64,000 nt of DNA. It comes from Mobula hypostoma (Eukaryota). Location of the stretch: contig NC_086097.1 of the NCBI RefSeq assembly GCF_963921235.1, forward strand, positions 251,598,001 through 251,662,000, read 5' to 3'. Shown here one piece after another: positions 13,285-26,358 of this stretch. Each line of letters opens with the position of its first letter. Within the stretch, counting starts at the first letter, position 1. The notes below the pieces were generated by a model that saw only the letters and a list, made by a program, of their open reading frames with translations, was not told the origin of the DNA and did not search any database. The position numbers were made by a program, and so were the translations under genes.

Positions 13285-13920
13285 ACAGAACATAGAACAG
13301 GACAGGCTCATCAGAGCATGATGTTGTGCCAACCTTTTAACCTACTCTTAAGATCCATCTAGCCCCTCCCTCCTCCCTAATCCTCCATTTTTCTATCATC
13401 CCTGTACCTATCTAAGAGTTTCTTAAATATCCCTTTTGTATCTGGCTCCAGCAACACCCTGGCAAGCTATTACATGCACCCACCACTCTGATTTTTTTTT
13501 AAGTACCAGTAAAATTCCCGTTGTACATTCCTCCAATCACCTTAAAGTAATGCTGTTTTGTATGAGCCATTTCTGCTCTGGGAGAAAGTCTCTGCCTGTT
13601 CATTAGATCAATGAGTCTTATCTTGTATACCTCTATCAAGTCACCTCTCATTCTCATTTACTCCAGAGGAAAGAGCCCTAGCTCACTCAACGTATCCTCA
13701 TAAGATATGCTCTGTAATCCAGGCAGCTTCCTGGTACATCTTCGCTGCGCCCTCTCTAAAGCTTCCACATCCTTCCCATAGTGAGGTGACCCGAAATGAA
13801 CACAGATGTGGTCTGACCAGAGTTTTATAGAGCTGGAAGCTGGAAGACCTTGCATCTCTTCAACTCTGTCCTCTAACTAATGATGGCCAACACACAAATT
13901 TCCCAACTACCCTATCAACT
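13285..13920 (-). mobile_element. CR1 3' fragment
   Basis: SPHYGKDVEALERAQRRCTRKLPGL; agaacatagaac tail. Confidence 0.8.
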
Positions 13921-14198
13921 TCAACAAGACTTCAAAAAGGAATCGTCCATAATCAAAAATGGCTTGGGAAGTGGGCAGGGGAGCGGAATTGGTCCTAGTT
14001 TGAAGCTGAATTAAAAGAAAGCTAGTGCTAGCTCTAAAGCACTTAACATGCTGTGAAGTAAATAATTTGCATGTGAAATATTTAATTAAACTTCTGATGC
14101 TGTGCCTGTGAATTCAGTGTATTTCTCACTGTTCTGCTTTACTCTCTCAATAGTGTTGGTAACTATAGTTGTGGTGACTGTACCTTGCTCTTTTCCAG

Positions 14199-14372
14199 GC
14201 ACTTTATACCGAAGATGTTAACGACACTAACTACGTGTTTTCACTGTATGGACGGTTTTGCCATGAGGTTAAGCTGGACTATTCACCATACATCAACTAT
14301 TTCACGGGTGTCTACTGGAATCGGTCTTACCGTGTGTACAGAGTCAACACCTTGATATCTTTTCAATATTAA
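14199..14372 (+). CDS. DPY19L4: DPY19L4 last coding exon (not in ORF track)
   Basis: ttgctcttttccag|GCA, phase 0; [60 protein letters not shown] at 14370-14372; [24 protein letters not shown] fits the DPY19L4 C-terminus. Confidence 0.93.
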   Translation, partial: ALYTEDVNDTNYVFSLYGRFCHEVKLDYSPYINYFTGVYWNRSYRVYRVNTLISFQY

Positions 14373-14607
14373 TGAAGATTGAGTCCACGCCCTCCTTTCT
14401 GCTGAATCTATTTAATTTTTGTGTTGAAATAACGTCTCCTTTTGCATAAGGACCTTTTCAAAAAAGATATTTCTTTTTAACTTATTTTTTTATAAATTAG
14501 CCTGAAATGAGGTACACATTTTATCTTTCCCAGGATCTGCCCAGGACCTGCCAACGTTGCTTATTCCAAATGGAGGACTTTTATATATAAAAAAAATCAT
14601 CAGTGCT

Positions 14608-14613
14608 ATTAAA
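14608..14613 (+). promoter_or_regulatory. Candidate DPY19L4 polyadenylation signal (ATTAAA)
   Basis: ATTAAA ~240 nt after the stop with a T-rich tract downstream; alternative AATAAA at 16373-16378. Confidence 0.4.
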
Positions 14614-14664
14614 ACAAGCTGACCGAGATCTGTTAAATCAGGTGCTGAATTGAATTGCGTTTAT

Positions 14665-14960
14665 TGTTTTTTATTTCGAAATACAGCATGGAACTGGCCC
14701 TTCTGGCCTGTCGAGCCCCACGACCCAGCGGCCCACCGATTTAACCCTAGCCTTATCACGGGACAACTTACAATCACCAATTAACCTACTAACTGGTACG
14801 TGTTTGGACTGTGGGAAGAAACTGGAGCATCGTGAGGAAACCCAAATGCTCACGGGAAGGATGTACAGATTCTTTACAGAGGACGCTGGAATTGAACTCT
14901 GAACTCCAACAAGCAGAGCTGTGACAGCGTCACACTAGCCACTACACTGCTGTGGTATCC
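14665..14960 (-). mobile_element. tRNA-derived V-domain SINE
   Basis: Reverse complement contains gggtttcctc..tgctccagtttcttcccacagtcc core and a gagttcaattcc B-box-like motif. Confidence 0.75.
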
Positions 14961-15290
14961 CATAGTTCGGATACATAATGGACCTCACCGAGTGGCATAT
15001 GGTCTCAAACCGGTGCAAGGAGCCCAGACACTCTTGGACATCTGTGCCTAAGCTCTGTCCAAAGCTCAAGTGACCTTTTGGGTCAGTGATAAACATTTTA
15101 AAAAAATATTGTTGTGGACACCACATCATGGACACAAAGGAGTGGGACTTTAATGATGCCTTACACAAAGTAGGGACAAAGCATTACTATGAGATGATGT
15201 TGTCTTTTTAAATTAATTGATAGCATAGCACCTATTAGAGCTCTCTAGTTTAAAATATGCAGAAAAATATACCAATCTTGTAATTCTCAT

Positions 15291-15838
15291 GTGTCTATGG
15301 AATTGGTCTTATCAGAGTCAATATTAATGAAGATTGAGTCCATACCTTCGTATGTGCTGAATCTATTTCTTTTTGTGTTGAAATAACATCTACCTTTGCA
15401 CATGGATCTTTTTGAAAAGGCATTTCTTTTTAACTTACTTTTTATGTCAATAATATTTCAACATGACATCTAAAAACTGGGAGGACATTACACTCACAGA
15501 CACACCTGGAGGAAATCTGTTCAAGAGGGAGCTGTTCTACATGAGAACGACCACTTCTGGGCCGCAGAGAACAAGCAGCATGAGTGAAAGGAGAGACTGA
15601 ACAACCAAAAGACCCAAACTCGAACCACAGTCACCACTTACTCTTGTTCACACTGCATCCCCCCCAGAATGTGTGGATCCAGATCGGCCTCTACAGACAC
15701 TCGAGGGCCCACCAGTAGACAACTCCTTCAGAGAAACTCCCGAGGAGGAAAGATGTCTTCAGTGTCTCATCACACTTGACCCAGACTGATCACACTGCTA
15801 TTTCTTTTATAAATTTGCATGAAAAGAAGTCCAGATTG
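15291..15838 (+). pseudogene. Decayed partial duplicate of the DPY19L4 last-exon end and proximal 3'UTR, interrupted by an RTE fragment
   Basis: 15291-15446 aligns to 14308-14493 (caatattaatgaagattgagtcca, gctgaatctattt, ttttgtgttgaaataac); alignment resumes at 15801-15838. Confidence 0.8.
15447..15800 (+). mobile_element. RTE-clade LINE 3' fragment
   Basis: Reads as KNWEDI..TWRKSVQEGA.. with terminal C..C..IGLYRHSRAHQ*; similar to 44600-44840 and 32745-33165. Confidence 0.65.
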
Positions 15839-15844
15839 CATGCA

Positions 15845-16360
15845 TTTGCATACCATACTGGTCACCCCAGTACAGGAAGGATGTTGAGACTTTGGAGAGG
15901 GTGCAGAAGACATTTGCCAGGATGCTGCCTTGTTTAGAGGGCGTGTGCTATCATGAGAGGCTGAATAAACATGAGTTGTTTTCTCTGGAGCGTGGGAGGC
16001 TGAGGGCAGATCTGATAGAGGTGTACAGAGGCACAGATAGAGTGGACAGAGAGCATCTGTTTTCCAGTATTAAAATGTCTAATACCAGAGGGAGAGGGGT
16101 CAAGTTCAAGTAGAATGTGAGGGGTAAGGTTTTTTCAGTCAGACAGTGGTGGATGCCTGGAATGCACTGCCTGGTATGGTGGTAGAGGCAAATACTTCAG
16201 AGGCTTTTAAGTGATGTTTGGATAGGCACATGGCTGTAAGGAAGATGGAGGGATATGGACATTGTGTAGGTTGTGAGGATTAGTGTATGGGTGTTTTTGA
16301 GTTGCACAACATTGTGGGCCAAATGACCTGTTCCTGTTTTGTGCCATTCTGTGTAATCTA
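15845..16360 (+). mobile_element. CR1 3' fragment
   Basis: ERVQKTFARMLP..FSLERGRLRADLIEVY. Confidence 0.8.
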
Positions 16361-16419
16361 TTTCACATATGCAATAAAACATGTGCAGTCTTGTAATCCA
16401 TTATAAAAAGGTATTTACT

Positions 16420-16790
16420 ATTACTACTTCATTCATTATGTGACGTGCTGTATGATGTGGATGATCATGGTCTTAACATGACCATGACTGTTCTTGACCA
16501 AATTTTCTACAGAAGTGGTTTGCCACTGTCTTCTCAGCAGTGTCTTTCCAAGACAGATATCCCCAGCCATTATTGATACTCTTCAGAGATTGTCTGCCTG
16601 GCATCAGTGGTCGCATAACCAGGGCTTGTGATATGCACCGGTTGCTCATACAACCATCCACCACCTGCTCCACGTGACCCTGATCGGGTGGGGGGGGGCA
16701 CTAAGCAGGTACTACACCTTCCCAAGGGTACCTGCAGGCTAGAGGAGGGAAGGAATGTCCTTTGGTAGAGACATGTCTCCAGCCACCAGT
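16420..16790 (-). mobile_element. RTE 5'UTR-related non-autonomous element/SINE
   Basis: Minus strand has gaagacagtggcaaaccacttctg, the motif typical of RTE/BovB-related SINEs; (gaat)n-like tail. Confidence 0.5.
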
Positions 16791-17087
16791 AATGAGTACC
16801 ACATTATAATGAATTATTAGGACCAGATTTCAATTGTGGAGAGGATTGTTTTTTTTTTCAGATGGCGGGGGGGGGGGGGATCTTGATTTTTAAGGAATGA
16901 TGTGACAAATTTTGTTTTGGAAAAAAATATCTTCAGTGTCTCACATTTGCTGTCAAGGGCCACCTTGCAAAAGATTGGGTGAGGAGAAGGACTGAGGACC
17001 AGCAGCTGCTGAGATGCCAGGGAGTAGCTGGAGGTCAAGGACCTTTAGGCTGAGCTAGTGTCATATCAGTGCTCTATTGGTTTACTA

Positions 17088-17395
17088 AGGGCACCATGGA
17101 AGTGTAGTGGTTAGCGTAATGCTATTACACCGCCAGCTGTAAGATCAGGGTTCAATTCGCGCTACTGTCTGTAAGGAGTTTGTACGTTCTCCCTGTGACT
17201 GCATGGCTTTCCTCCGGGTGCTCTGGTTTCCTCCCACAGTCCAGAGACATGTGGTTAGGCTTTGTGAGTTGTGGGCATGCTTTGTTGACACTGGAAGCGT
17301 GGCAACACTTGCACAGTCCTCACTGATTAGGTTTGACAGAAACGATGCGTTTCACTGTATGTTTTGGTGTACATATCACAAATAAAGTTAATCTG
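17088..17395 (+). mobile_element. tRNA-derived V-domain SINE
   Basis: A box tagtggttag, B box gggttcaattc, V core ggagtttgtacgttctccc..tttcctccgggtgctctggtttcctcccacag; aataaa tail. Confidence 0.85.
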
Positions 17396-18349
17396 TTGTC
17401 ACATGTACTGAGGTACAGTGGAAGTGCGTCTTGTGCTGACCATACAGATCAATTCATTCCACAGTGCGTTGAGGTAGTAGAAGGTAAAACAAGAACAGGA
17501 TGTAGAATAAACTGGTACAGTTACAGAGTGCAGTGCAGCTAGACAATAACGAGGTAGATTGTGAGGTCACCAGTCCGCCTTATCATACTAGGGAACCATT
17601 TAATAGTCTTATAGCAGCAGGGTAGAAGTTGAGCTTGTGCCTGGTGGTAAGTGCTTTCAGGCTTTTGTATCTTCTGCCTGATGGAAGTGGGGAGATGAGA
17701 GAATGTCTGAGGTTGGTGGGGTCTTTGATAATGTTAGCTGCTTTACTGAGGCATTGAGAAGTATAGACAAGAGTCCATGGAGGGGAGGCTAGTTCCTATG
17801 ATATGCTGAGCTGTGTCCACAATTCTCTGCAGTTTTTGCAGTGATGGGCAACACACACAAAATGCTGGAGGAACTCAGCAGGTCACCTATGGAAAGGAAT
17901 AAAAATCCAATGTTTTGGTCTGGGACTCTTCATCAAATGATGTTGTGTACTTGGATTTTCAGAAGGCCTTTGACAAGGTGCCACACATGAGGCTGTTTAA
18001 CAAGCTACGAGCCCGTGGTATCAACTTATTAAACCTACTTTGGGAAGGTTGAAGGCAGATGATTCTGCTTTCCCATGATAAGGTAGATGTTTACTAATGA
18101 AGGAGGAAGTTGTGGAAATGAGGAAGCATAAATAACAAATGCAATTTCCATCAGGTGAGGTGTGTAACACAAAACTATCTTGGTGACAGGCAAATTCATT
18201 TAGAAAGGCTGTAGGATATGCAACGTATAAAAGGAGGGAAAACAACATTAATGCAGAAGAGTTGTAATTGAAACTAAAAGGAATTGCACTTAGCGTTAGT
18301 TATGACTTCTCACCCTTGAATACTTGAAACACGGCTCAAAATGAAAAGT

Positions 18350-19385
18350 CTGAATCAGGTTTATTATCACTGATGAGGTGAAATTTGCTGTTTTGCAGCA
18401 GCAGTGCAGTACACAAAATGACAATAAGTTACAATAAGAAATAGTAGAAATAAAAAAGAGTAAAATAGTAGGGTAGTGTTCATGGACCATTCAGAAATCT
18501 GATGGGTTGAGATGAAGAAGCTGTTCCTGAAATGTTGAGTGTGTGTCTTCAGGTTCCTGTATCACCTCCTTGAAGGTAGCAATGAGAAGAGGACATGTCC
18601 TTGGTGATGGGGTCCTTCATGATGGATGCCAGCTTTTTCTGAGGCATTGCATTTTGAAGATGTGCTCAGTGGTGGGGACTCATGCCCGCGATGAAGCTGA
18701 CTGAATTTACAATCCTCTGCAGCTTTTTCCAATCCTGTGCAGTGGTCCCTCTACACCAGACAGTGATACAAGTAGTCAGAGTGCTCTCCATGGTACATCT
18801 GTGGAAACTTGCTAGAGTGTTTGGTGAAATAACAAATCTCCTCAAACTCCTGATGACATATAGCCACTGGCGTGCCTTCTTTATGCTGGCCTCAATATGT
18901 TGGGCCCAGGATAGATCTTCAAAGATGAGAGATGTTGACACCCTGGAACTTGAAACTGCTGATCCCTCGATGAGGACTGGTGTGTGTTCCCTCAACTTCC
19001 CCTTCCTGAAGACTACAATCAATTCCCTGGTCTAAATGACACTGAGTGCAAGGTTATTTTTGCAACACCACTCAACCAGCTGATCTATTCCACTCCTGTG
19101 TGCTTCCTTGTCAATATGAGATGCTGCCAACAACAGTGGGGTCATCAGCAAATTTGTACTGTGCCTGGCCACATAGCGAAGTGCAGAGAAAGTAGAGCAG
19201 TGGGCTAAGCACACATCCTTGAGGTGTATCTGCATTGATTATCAGCGTGGTGGAGATGTTATTTCTGATGCACACTGGCTGAGGACTTTGGTCTCCTGAT
19301 GAAGAAGTAGAGGATCCAGTTGCAGCGGGAGGGGCAGGTTTTGAAGCTTGTTGATTAGTACAGAGGGGATGGTGATGTTGGAGAT
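18350..19385 (-). mobile_element. Rex1/Babar-like LINE 3' part
   Basis: VEWCCKNNLAL, VVFRKGK, EDLSWAQH, KKARQWLY, CITVWC. Confidence 0.8.
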
Positions 19386-19479
19386 GGTCTTGAAGATGTT
19401 CCTTTCAACAACTCAGTTTTCCTCACACGGATAATCAGGAAAAATTGAAAAATCAGGCATATCTCACATTTTATCCTCA

Positions 19480-20150
19480 AAGTGCTACACTTGCCCATTC
19501 ATCACCTCCATTCAGGGCCCCAAACAGTCCTTCCAGGTGAGGCAACACTTCACCCGTGAATCTGTTGGGCTCACATATTGTATCCAATGCTCCCAAGTGG
19601 CCTCCTTTATGCTGATGAAACCTATCGTAAATTGCGGGACTGCTTCATCGGCACCTCAGCTCCATCCGCAAAAAATGGAACTTCCCGGTGGCCAAACATT
19701 TTAATTCCAATTCCCATTCTGTCATGTTGGTTCATTGCCACGTCTTGTGCCAAGACAAAGCCATTCTCAGGGTGGAGGTGCTTCACCTTGTACCTCGTTT
19801 TGGTAGCCTCCAACCTGATAGCATGAATATCAATTTCTGCTTCTAGTAAGAAAAGAATTTCCCTTCCCCTCCCCTCTTCTTCTATACCTCACTCTGGCCA
19901 CTCACCTGGGTTCCCTCCCCCTATGGTCCACTTTCCTCTTACCAGATTCCTTCCAGCCCTTTACCTTTCCCACCCGCCTGGCTTCACCTACATATCACCT
20001 TCTGGCTTTCCTCCTCCCCCTCCCCCACCTTTTTATTCTGGCATCTTCCTTCTTCCTTTCCAGTCCTGATGAATGATCTCAGCCCAAAATGATAACTCTT
20101 TATTCATTTCCTTAGATGCTGCCTGACCTCCAGCATTTGGTATGTGCTAA
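19480..20150 (+). mobile_element. Penelope GIY-YIG and tail fragment
   Basis: attcagggccccaaacagtccttccaggtgaggc identical to 28610-28643; degenerate hammerhead at 20061-20097. Confidence 0.8.
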
Positions 20151-20292
20151 ATTAATAAGGAGATTATTTTTCCAACAAATGGTCAGAATCAGTATCAGGT
20201 TTAATATAACTGACTTTTGTGGTGAAATTTGTTTTGCTGTAGCAGTACATTGCAACACAAAAAAACCATATATCACAATATACATAGAAGGT

Positions 20293-21622
20293 ACATAGAA
20301 TAGTACAGCACAATACAGGCCCTTCGGCCCACAATGTTGTGCCGACCCTCAAACCCTGCCTCCCATATAAGCCCCCACATTAAATTCCTCCCTATACCTG
20401 TCTAGTAGTCTCTTAAACTTCACTAGTGTATCTGCCTCCCCCACTGACTCAGGCAGTGCATTCCACGCACCAACCACTCTCTGAGTAAAAAACCTTCCTC
20501 TAATATCCCCCTTGAACTTCCCGCCCCTTACCTTAAAGCCATGTCCTCTTGTATTGAGCAGTGGTGCCCTGGGGAAGAGGCACTGGCTATCCACTCTATC
20601 CATTCCTCTTATTATCTTGTACACCTCTATCATGTCTCCGCTCATCCTCCTTCTCTCCAAAGAGTAAAGCCTTAGCTCCCTTAATCTCTGAACATAATGC
20701 ATACTTTCTAAACCAGGCAGCATCCTGGTAAATCTCCTCTGTACCCTTTCCAATGCTTCCACATCCTTCCTATAGTGAGGTGACCAGAACTGGACACAGT
20801 ACTCCAAGTGTGGCCTAACCAGAGTTTTATAGAGCTGCATCATTACATCACGACTCTTAAACTCTATCCCTCAATTTATGAAAGCTAACACCCCATAAGC
20901 TTTCTTAACTACCCTATCCACCTGTGAGGCAACTTTCAGGGATCTGTGGACATGTACCCCGAGATCCCTCTGCTCCTCCACACTACCAAGTATCCTGCCA
21001 TTTACTTTGTACTCTGCCTTGGAGTTTGTCCTTCCAAAGTGTATCACCTCACAGTTCTCCGGGTTGAACTCCATCTGCCACTTCTCAGCCCATTTCTGCA
21101 TCCTATCAATGTCTGTCTGCAATCTTTGACAATCCTCTACACTATCTACAACACCACTAACCTTTGTGTCATCTGCAAACTTGCCAACCCACCCTTCTAC
21201 CCCCACATCCAGGTCGTTAATAAAAATCACCAAAAGTAGAGGTCCCAGAACAGATCCTTGTGGGATACCACTAGTCACAATCCTCCAATCTGAATGTACT
21301 CCCTCCACCACCACCCTCTGCCTTCTGCAGGCAAGCCAATTCTGAATCCACCTAGCCAAACTTCCCTGGATCCCATGCCTTCTGACTTTCTGAATAAGCC
21401 TACCGTGTGGAACCTTGTCAAATGCCTTACTAAAATCCATATAGATCACATCCACTGCACTACCCTCATCTATATGCCTGGTCACCTCCTCAAAGAACTC
21501 TATCAGACTTGTTAGACACGATCTGCCCTTCACAAAGCCATGCTGACTGTCCCTGATTAGACCATGATTCTCTAAATGCCTATAGATCCTATCTCTAAGA
21601 ATCTTTTCCAACAGCTTTCCCA
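20293..21622 (-). mobile_element. Young 5'-truncated CR1 LINE
   Basis: Nearly intact RT frames (20871-21671, 20349-20843): YMDFSKAFDKVPH, GIPQGSVLGP, KFADD. Confidence 0.93.
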
Positions 21623-21700
21623 TATAAATAAAATAAGCAGTGCAAAAATAGTTTTCATACATGTAATGCACACCTCCCTACTAATATGGTATTTGGAATA

Positions 21701-22514
21701 CAATGGATTCTGATTATCTGGGCTATCCGTTAATCGGGGCAGCCACTTTTTTGGGACACTCTGCCACTTAATTGGGACAGGAGGCTGTTGCTGAACAGTT
21801 CTTAACTAGTGATAGTAGTGTGCAGTTATGTGGCTGTTAGACGCTAACAGTGAACAGATTTTAAACAACGTCAGTTGCATGTGTTTGTGTTCAAAAGCAA
21901 TGATTTTTATCACTGATAGTTGGTGAGAAATAAGCAGAAAGACAATTTACTCACTGCGATTTCAAGCATTGGGGCTTGGAGATGTTAGAAACGGGAATAA
22001 AAGTGAAAGATTTCACTACTTCAAATTTGGAACTACAGAGAATTTGGAGGTATTGACAATCATCTTGAATACTGCAAAGAAAATGAAGATCTGGAGGATG
22101 CGATCGTCAGAAGTGTTGTTATGAGGGCAGTCCATTATCTGCACTAGGTGTCTGCTGATTTTGTTCATTTACAGTCAATCAAAAGAACACGGCACTGTAC
22201 ACTAGATGAATTCCTGTATCAAAAACTAATATGACAGTTTTATAGAACTGTAGTAGTGTTGTTAGTGTTCTAATTTGTTCTGTAGTTTATTTAATATATA
22301 ATTTATTACTCAGTTAAAAAAGTTTGTCTTTTGTATTGTGACACACACAAAATGCTAGAGGAACTCAACAGGCCAGGCAGCATTTTGTGTGTGTTGCTTG
22401 AATTTCCAGCATCTTCAGATTTTCTCTTGTTTGTCTTTTTTATAGCTTTTTAACTATTTATATTAAACTTCGGCTAATTGGGCTCGATATGTCCCAATTA
22501 ACGGGAATCCATTG
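21701..22514. mobile_element. Non-autonomous Tigger/pogo-like DNA transposon
   Basis: TA|caatggattctgattatctggg ... cccaattaacgggaatccattg terminal inverted repeats (~24 bp, imperfect); no transposase ORF; Penelope-tail piece nested at 22341-22432. Confidence 0.7.
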
Positions 22515-23164
22515 AAAACAAAAGAAACGTCATTTTCTTTACCTGTAGTCAGTCACATGTTTAACAGTCGTGGAGTCTCCATTTATTTCAATGCTGGATG
22601 TCTCCTAGCAGATATAAGCACAATGCGAAGCATGTCTTACAGGAAAAGAAAAGGTTAGTTACCTCATCCCTCCTGTACCCCAACCCCCCCCCCATTGCCC
22701 ATCACAGCATCACTGCATTTGAAGTATCCCTGCTCTTAACTCTGGTATTGACCTGGCACATGATGCATTTCAGGAATATAATACTTCGAAATTCTAACCC
22801 AGAGTTGTTTTAACTTATTACAATATTCACTTTGTAAACTCTGAATCTTTATCTCTCTCCCCCCCCCCCCATCTCATTACCTAACTGTGCCCATCCTTAA
22901 CCTCAGTCAAGACCACTGACTGAGCTTCAGGTCTGTTGTCTGTTCTCATAATATCTGAGTGGCTTGTCTAGACACTTTTCTAACCACTTCATGTCTCACG
23001 CAGCTTTTTGGATGTGTTTTTTTAAAAAGCACAAACGTGGTCTAGTCAGCACATTGTATTAAGTTCCAAAACAGCTCCCTGAGTGGCTTGTTTTTTGTTT
23101 GATAGAACATTGAACACTATAACACAGTACAGGCCCTGTTAATCTACAATGTTGTGTTCACCTC

Positions 23165-23948
23165 TCCTCCTCCTTTGTCTCATTGACGACTCCTCTGTAG
23201 AGATTGTTAAGAGCACCAAATTTCTTGGTGTTCATCTGGCGGAGAATCTCACCTGGTCCCTCAACACCAGCTCCATAGCCAAGAAAGCCCAGCAGCGTCT
23301 CTACTTTCTGCGAAGGCTGAGAAAAGTCCATCTCCCACCCCCCCCCATCCTCACCACATTCTACAGAGGTTGTACTGAGAGCATCCTGAGCAGCTGCATC
23401 ACTGCCTGGTTCAAAAATTGCACCACCTCGGATCGTAAGACCCTGCAGCGGATAGTGAGGTCAGCTGAGAAGATCATCGGAGTCTCTCTTCCCGCCATTA
23501 CAGACACTTACATCACACGCTGCATCCGTAAAGCAACCAGCATTATGAAGGACCCCACGCACCCCTCATACAAACTCTTCTCTCTCCTGCCATCTGGCAA
23601 AAGGCACCGAAGCACTCGGGCTCTCACAACCAGACTATGTAACAGTTTCTTCCCCCAAGCCATCAGACTCCTTAATACCCAGAGCCTGGACTGACACCAA
23701 CCTACTGCCCTCTACTGTGCCTATTGTCTTGTTTATTATTTATTGTAATGTGTGCACTGTTTTGTGCACTTTATGCAATCCTGGGTAGGTCTGTAGTCTA
23801 GTGTAGTTTTTGTGTTGTTTTACATAGTTCAGTGTAGTTTTTATATTGTTCATGTAGCACCATGGTCCTGAAAAACGTCGTCTCGTTTTTACTGTGTTCT
23901 GTACCAGCAGTTTTGATTGAAATGACAATAAAAAGTGACTTGACTTGA
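23165..23948 (+). mobile_element. Rex1/Babar-like LINE 3' end, open frame
   Basis: [53 protein letters not shown]; aataaa followed by (tgact)n tail. Confidence 0.88.
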
Positions 23949-24384
23949 AGGAAAAGCCCTAGCTCACTCAACCTATTCTCATAAAACGTGCTCTTTAATC
24001 CAGGCAGCATCCTGGTAAATCTTCTCTGCACCCTCTCTAAATCTTCCATATCCTTTTAATAATTTGGCGACCAGAAATGAACACAATATTCCAACTGAAA
24101 CACAATATTTAACCATTCTGTGGTTTTCTGTATTTGGTTCATTGTTCTGGTGTTTTTTTCTTGCTGTTTACTTCCTCAACACCCACCGAAACAGACCATA
24201 AGACAGTTTATGATGTGAGATGGTAAATAATTATTCTGCCTCTTTCCCGTTCCCTCGGAGCTGGCTTTTGGGAAGTGGGGAATCTTGAGGTGAAACCAAC
24301 ATGTAGATGACTTGGCTTTACCCTTACTGACACACACACACAACCACACACACAATGTGGGAGAAACTCGGGTCCTAGAGTCAA

Positions 24385-24872
24385 AGAGCAGGGCAGCACG
24401 GAAACAGGTCCTCAGCCTATTTAACCCTATTGACCTTCACCACTCCCATCCATGTACCTATCCAAGTTTATCTTAAATATTGAAATCAAACCTGCATCCA
24501 CCACTTCTGCTGGCAGCTTGTTCCACACTCTCATCTCAGAGATGTTCCTCCTCATGTTCACCTTAAACATTTAACTGCTCATGCTTAACCTATGACCTCT
24601 AGTTCTAGTCTCGCCTAACTTCAGAGAAAAATGCCTGCTTGCATTTCTCCTGCCTGTGCCCCTCATTCTCCTACGTTCCAGGGAATAAAACTCCTGATCT
24701 TTCCCTATAGGTCTGGTCCTCCAGGCCCAGCAACATCCTTGCAAATTTTCACTACATTCTTTCAATCTTCCCATTGGTAAGTGCCTGGAACTGCGCACAA
24801 TGCTCCAAATTGGGTCTCACCAACGTCTTATACAACTTCAACATAACATCCCAACTCCTGTACTCAATACTT
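24385..24872 (-). mobile_element. CR1 3' fragment
   Basis: SIEYRSWDVMLKLYKTLVRPNLEHCAQF. Confidence 0.75.
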
Positions 24873-25132
24873 AGATACAGCCTCTCGTAAATCAATTGAA
24901 AGAAATGGAGCCGACGTTGGGGCCAAGACCTCAGCAAGGTGCCATTAAGTCCACACTTCAGAGAGATGCATGTCCGCAAAGACGCCAAGCTCTTCTGTCA
25001 CCCCCATCTGTGCGCCCACTTCTTTGGGAAGAATTCCCCATCCCTTCGCCTTTCTCCAACCTCCCTCTACTTCTTGGACATTCCACTCTGGTCTTCTGGC
25101 CGCTCTGGTTCTTTCTATCTCTAATGAATCTC

Positions 25133-25825
25133 TAAGGTACCGGTGACCCCTGTTTCCATCCAGGGGGTCAGTGTGGACATGGTGGAGGATTACAGATACC
25201 TGGGGATACGAATTGACAATAAACTGGACTGGTCAAAGAACACTGAGGCTGTCTACAGGAAGGGTCAGAGCTGTCTCTATTTACTGAGGAGACTGAGGTC
25301 CTTTAACATCTGCTGGACGATGCTGAGGATGTTCTACGAGTCTGTGGTGGCCAGTGCTATCATGTTTGCTGTTGTGTGCTGGGGCAGCAGGCTGAGGGTG
25401 GCAGACACCAACAGAATCAACAAACTCATTCGTAAGGCCAGTGATGTTGTGGGCATGGAACTGGACTCTCTGATGGTGGTGTCTGTAAAGAGGATGCTGT
25501 CTAAGTTACATGCCATCTTGGACAATGTCTCCCATCCACTACATAATGGACTGGTTGGGCACAGGAGTACATTCAGCCAGAGACTCATTCCTCCGAGATG
25601 CAGCACAGAGCGTCATAGGAAGTCATTCCTGCCTGTGGCCATCAAACTTTACAACTCCTCCCTTGGAAGGTCAGACACCCTGAGCCAATAGGCTGGTCCT
25701 GGACTTATTTCATAATTTACTGGCATATTTACATATTACTATTCTATTACTATTTATTATTTACGGTGCAAATGTAAACCAATTTCCCCCGGGATCAATA
25801 AAGTATGACTATGACTATGACTATA
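25133..25825 (+). mobile_element. Rex1/Babar-like LINE 3' end (same family at 35218-35688 and 39288-39718)
   Basis: YRYLGIRIDNKLDWSKNT..LRRLRSFN..RKSFLPVAIKLYNS; aataaa followed by (atgact)n. Confidence 0.88.
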
Positions 25826-25892
25826 ATTGTCAGCGAGGCATTAACTGTCCACTCTCTCCTATTCGAACCTTACCCCTTTAGTTTAAAAAATA

Positions 25893-25929
25893 AGTCCTGA
25901 TGAAGGGTCTGGGCCCGAAACGTCAACTG
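25893..25929 (+). ncRNA. Minimal type I hammerhead ribozyme motif (Penelope tail)
   Basis: agtc-CTGATGA-agggtctgggccc-GAAA-c-GTC-aact; core intact, one helix I mismatch. Confidence 0.55.
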
Positions 25930-26321
25930 TTCACTCCTCCCCATAGATGTTCCTCCAGCTTTTTATGTGTTACTCTAGATTTCCAGCATCTACAGAATCT
26001 CTTGTTTACGGGGGCGGGGGGGGGGGGGAACGATTGTCTGAATACTTTCTCGGTTGACATAACATCCCTGTGCGATCCGCTAACATCGCTCTGAGACACA
26101 GAGGAACTGCTGGCGGAACTCAGCAGGTCAGGCAGTATCTACGTAGGGAAATCTGTGGAGACTGCATTCCCTTCCTGCTGAGTTCCTCCAGATGTGTGTG
26201 TGTGTGTTGCTCCTATTGTGCTTTACATAAATTAATTTAAAGTTACTGGCGATGGGGACTCAATAAAAAGGTTGATGTGAATATTGAATCTGAATCAAGT
26301 TTAATTATATAGGAAGAGGCG

Positions 26322-26358
26322 CAGTCGACGTTTCAGGCCGAGACCCTTCGTCAGGACT
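26322..26358 (-). ncRNA. Minimal type I hammerhead ribozyme motif (inverted arm)
   Basis: Reverse complement: agtc-CTGACGA-agggtctcggcct-GAAA-c-GTC-gact. Confidence 0.7.

Noticed and set aside
17088..17170. tRNA-like A and B boxes
   Set aside because: SINE head running into a V domain; no cloverleaf or terminator
24873..25132. CpG-containing unique segment between a CR1 and a Rex1 fragment
   Set aside because: No recognisable motif or splice pattern; probably an unidentified repeat piece or filler
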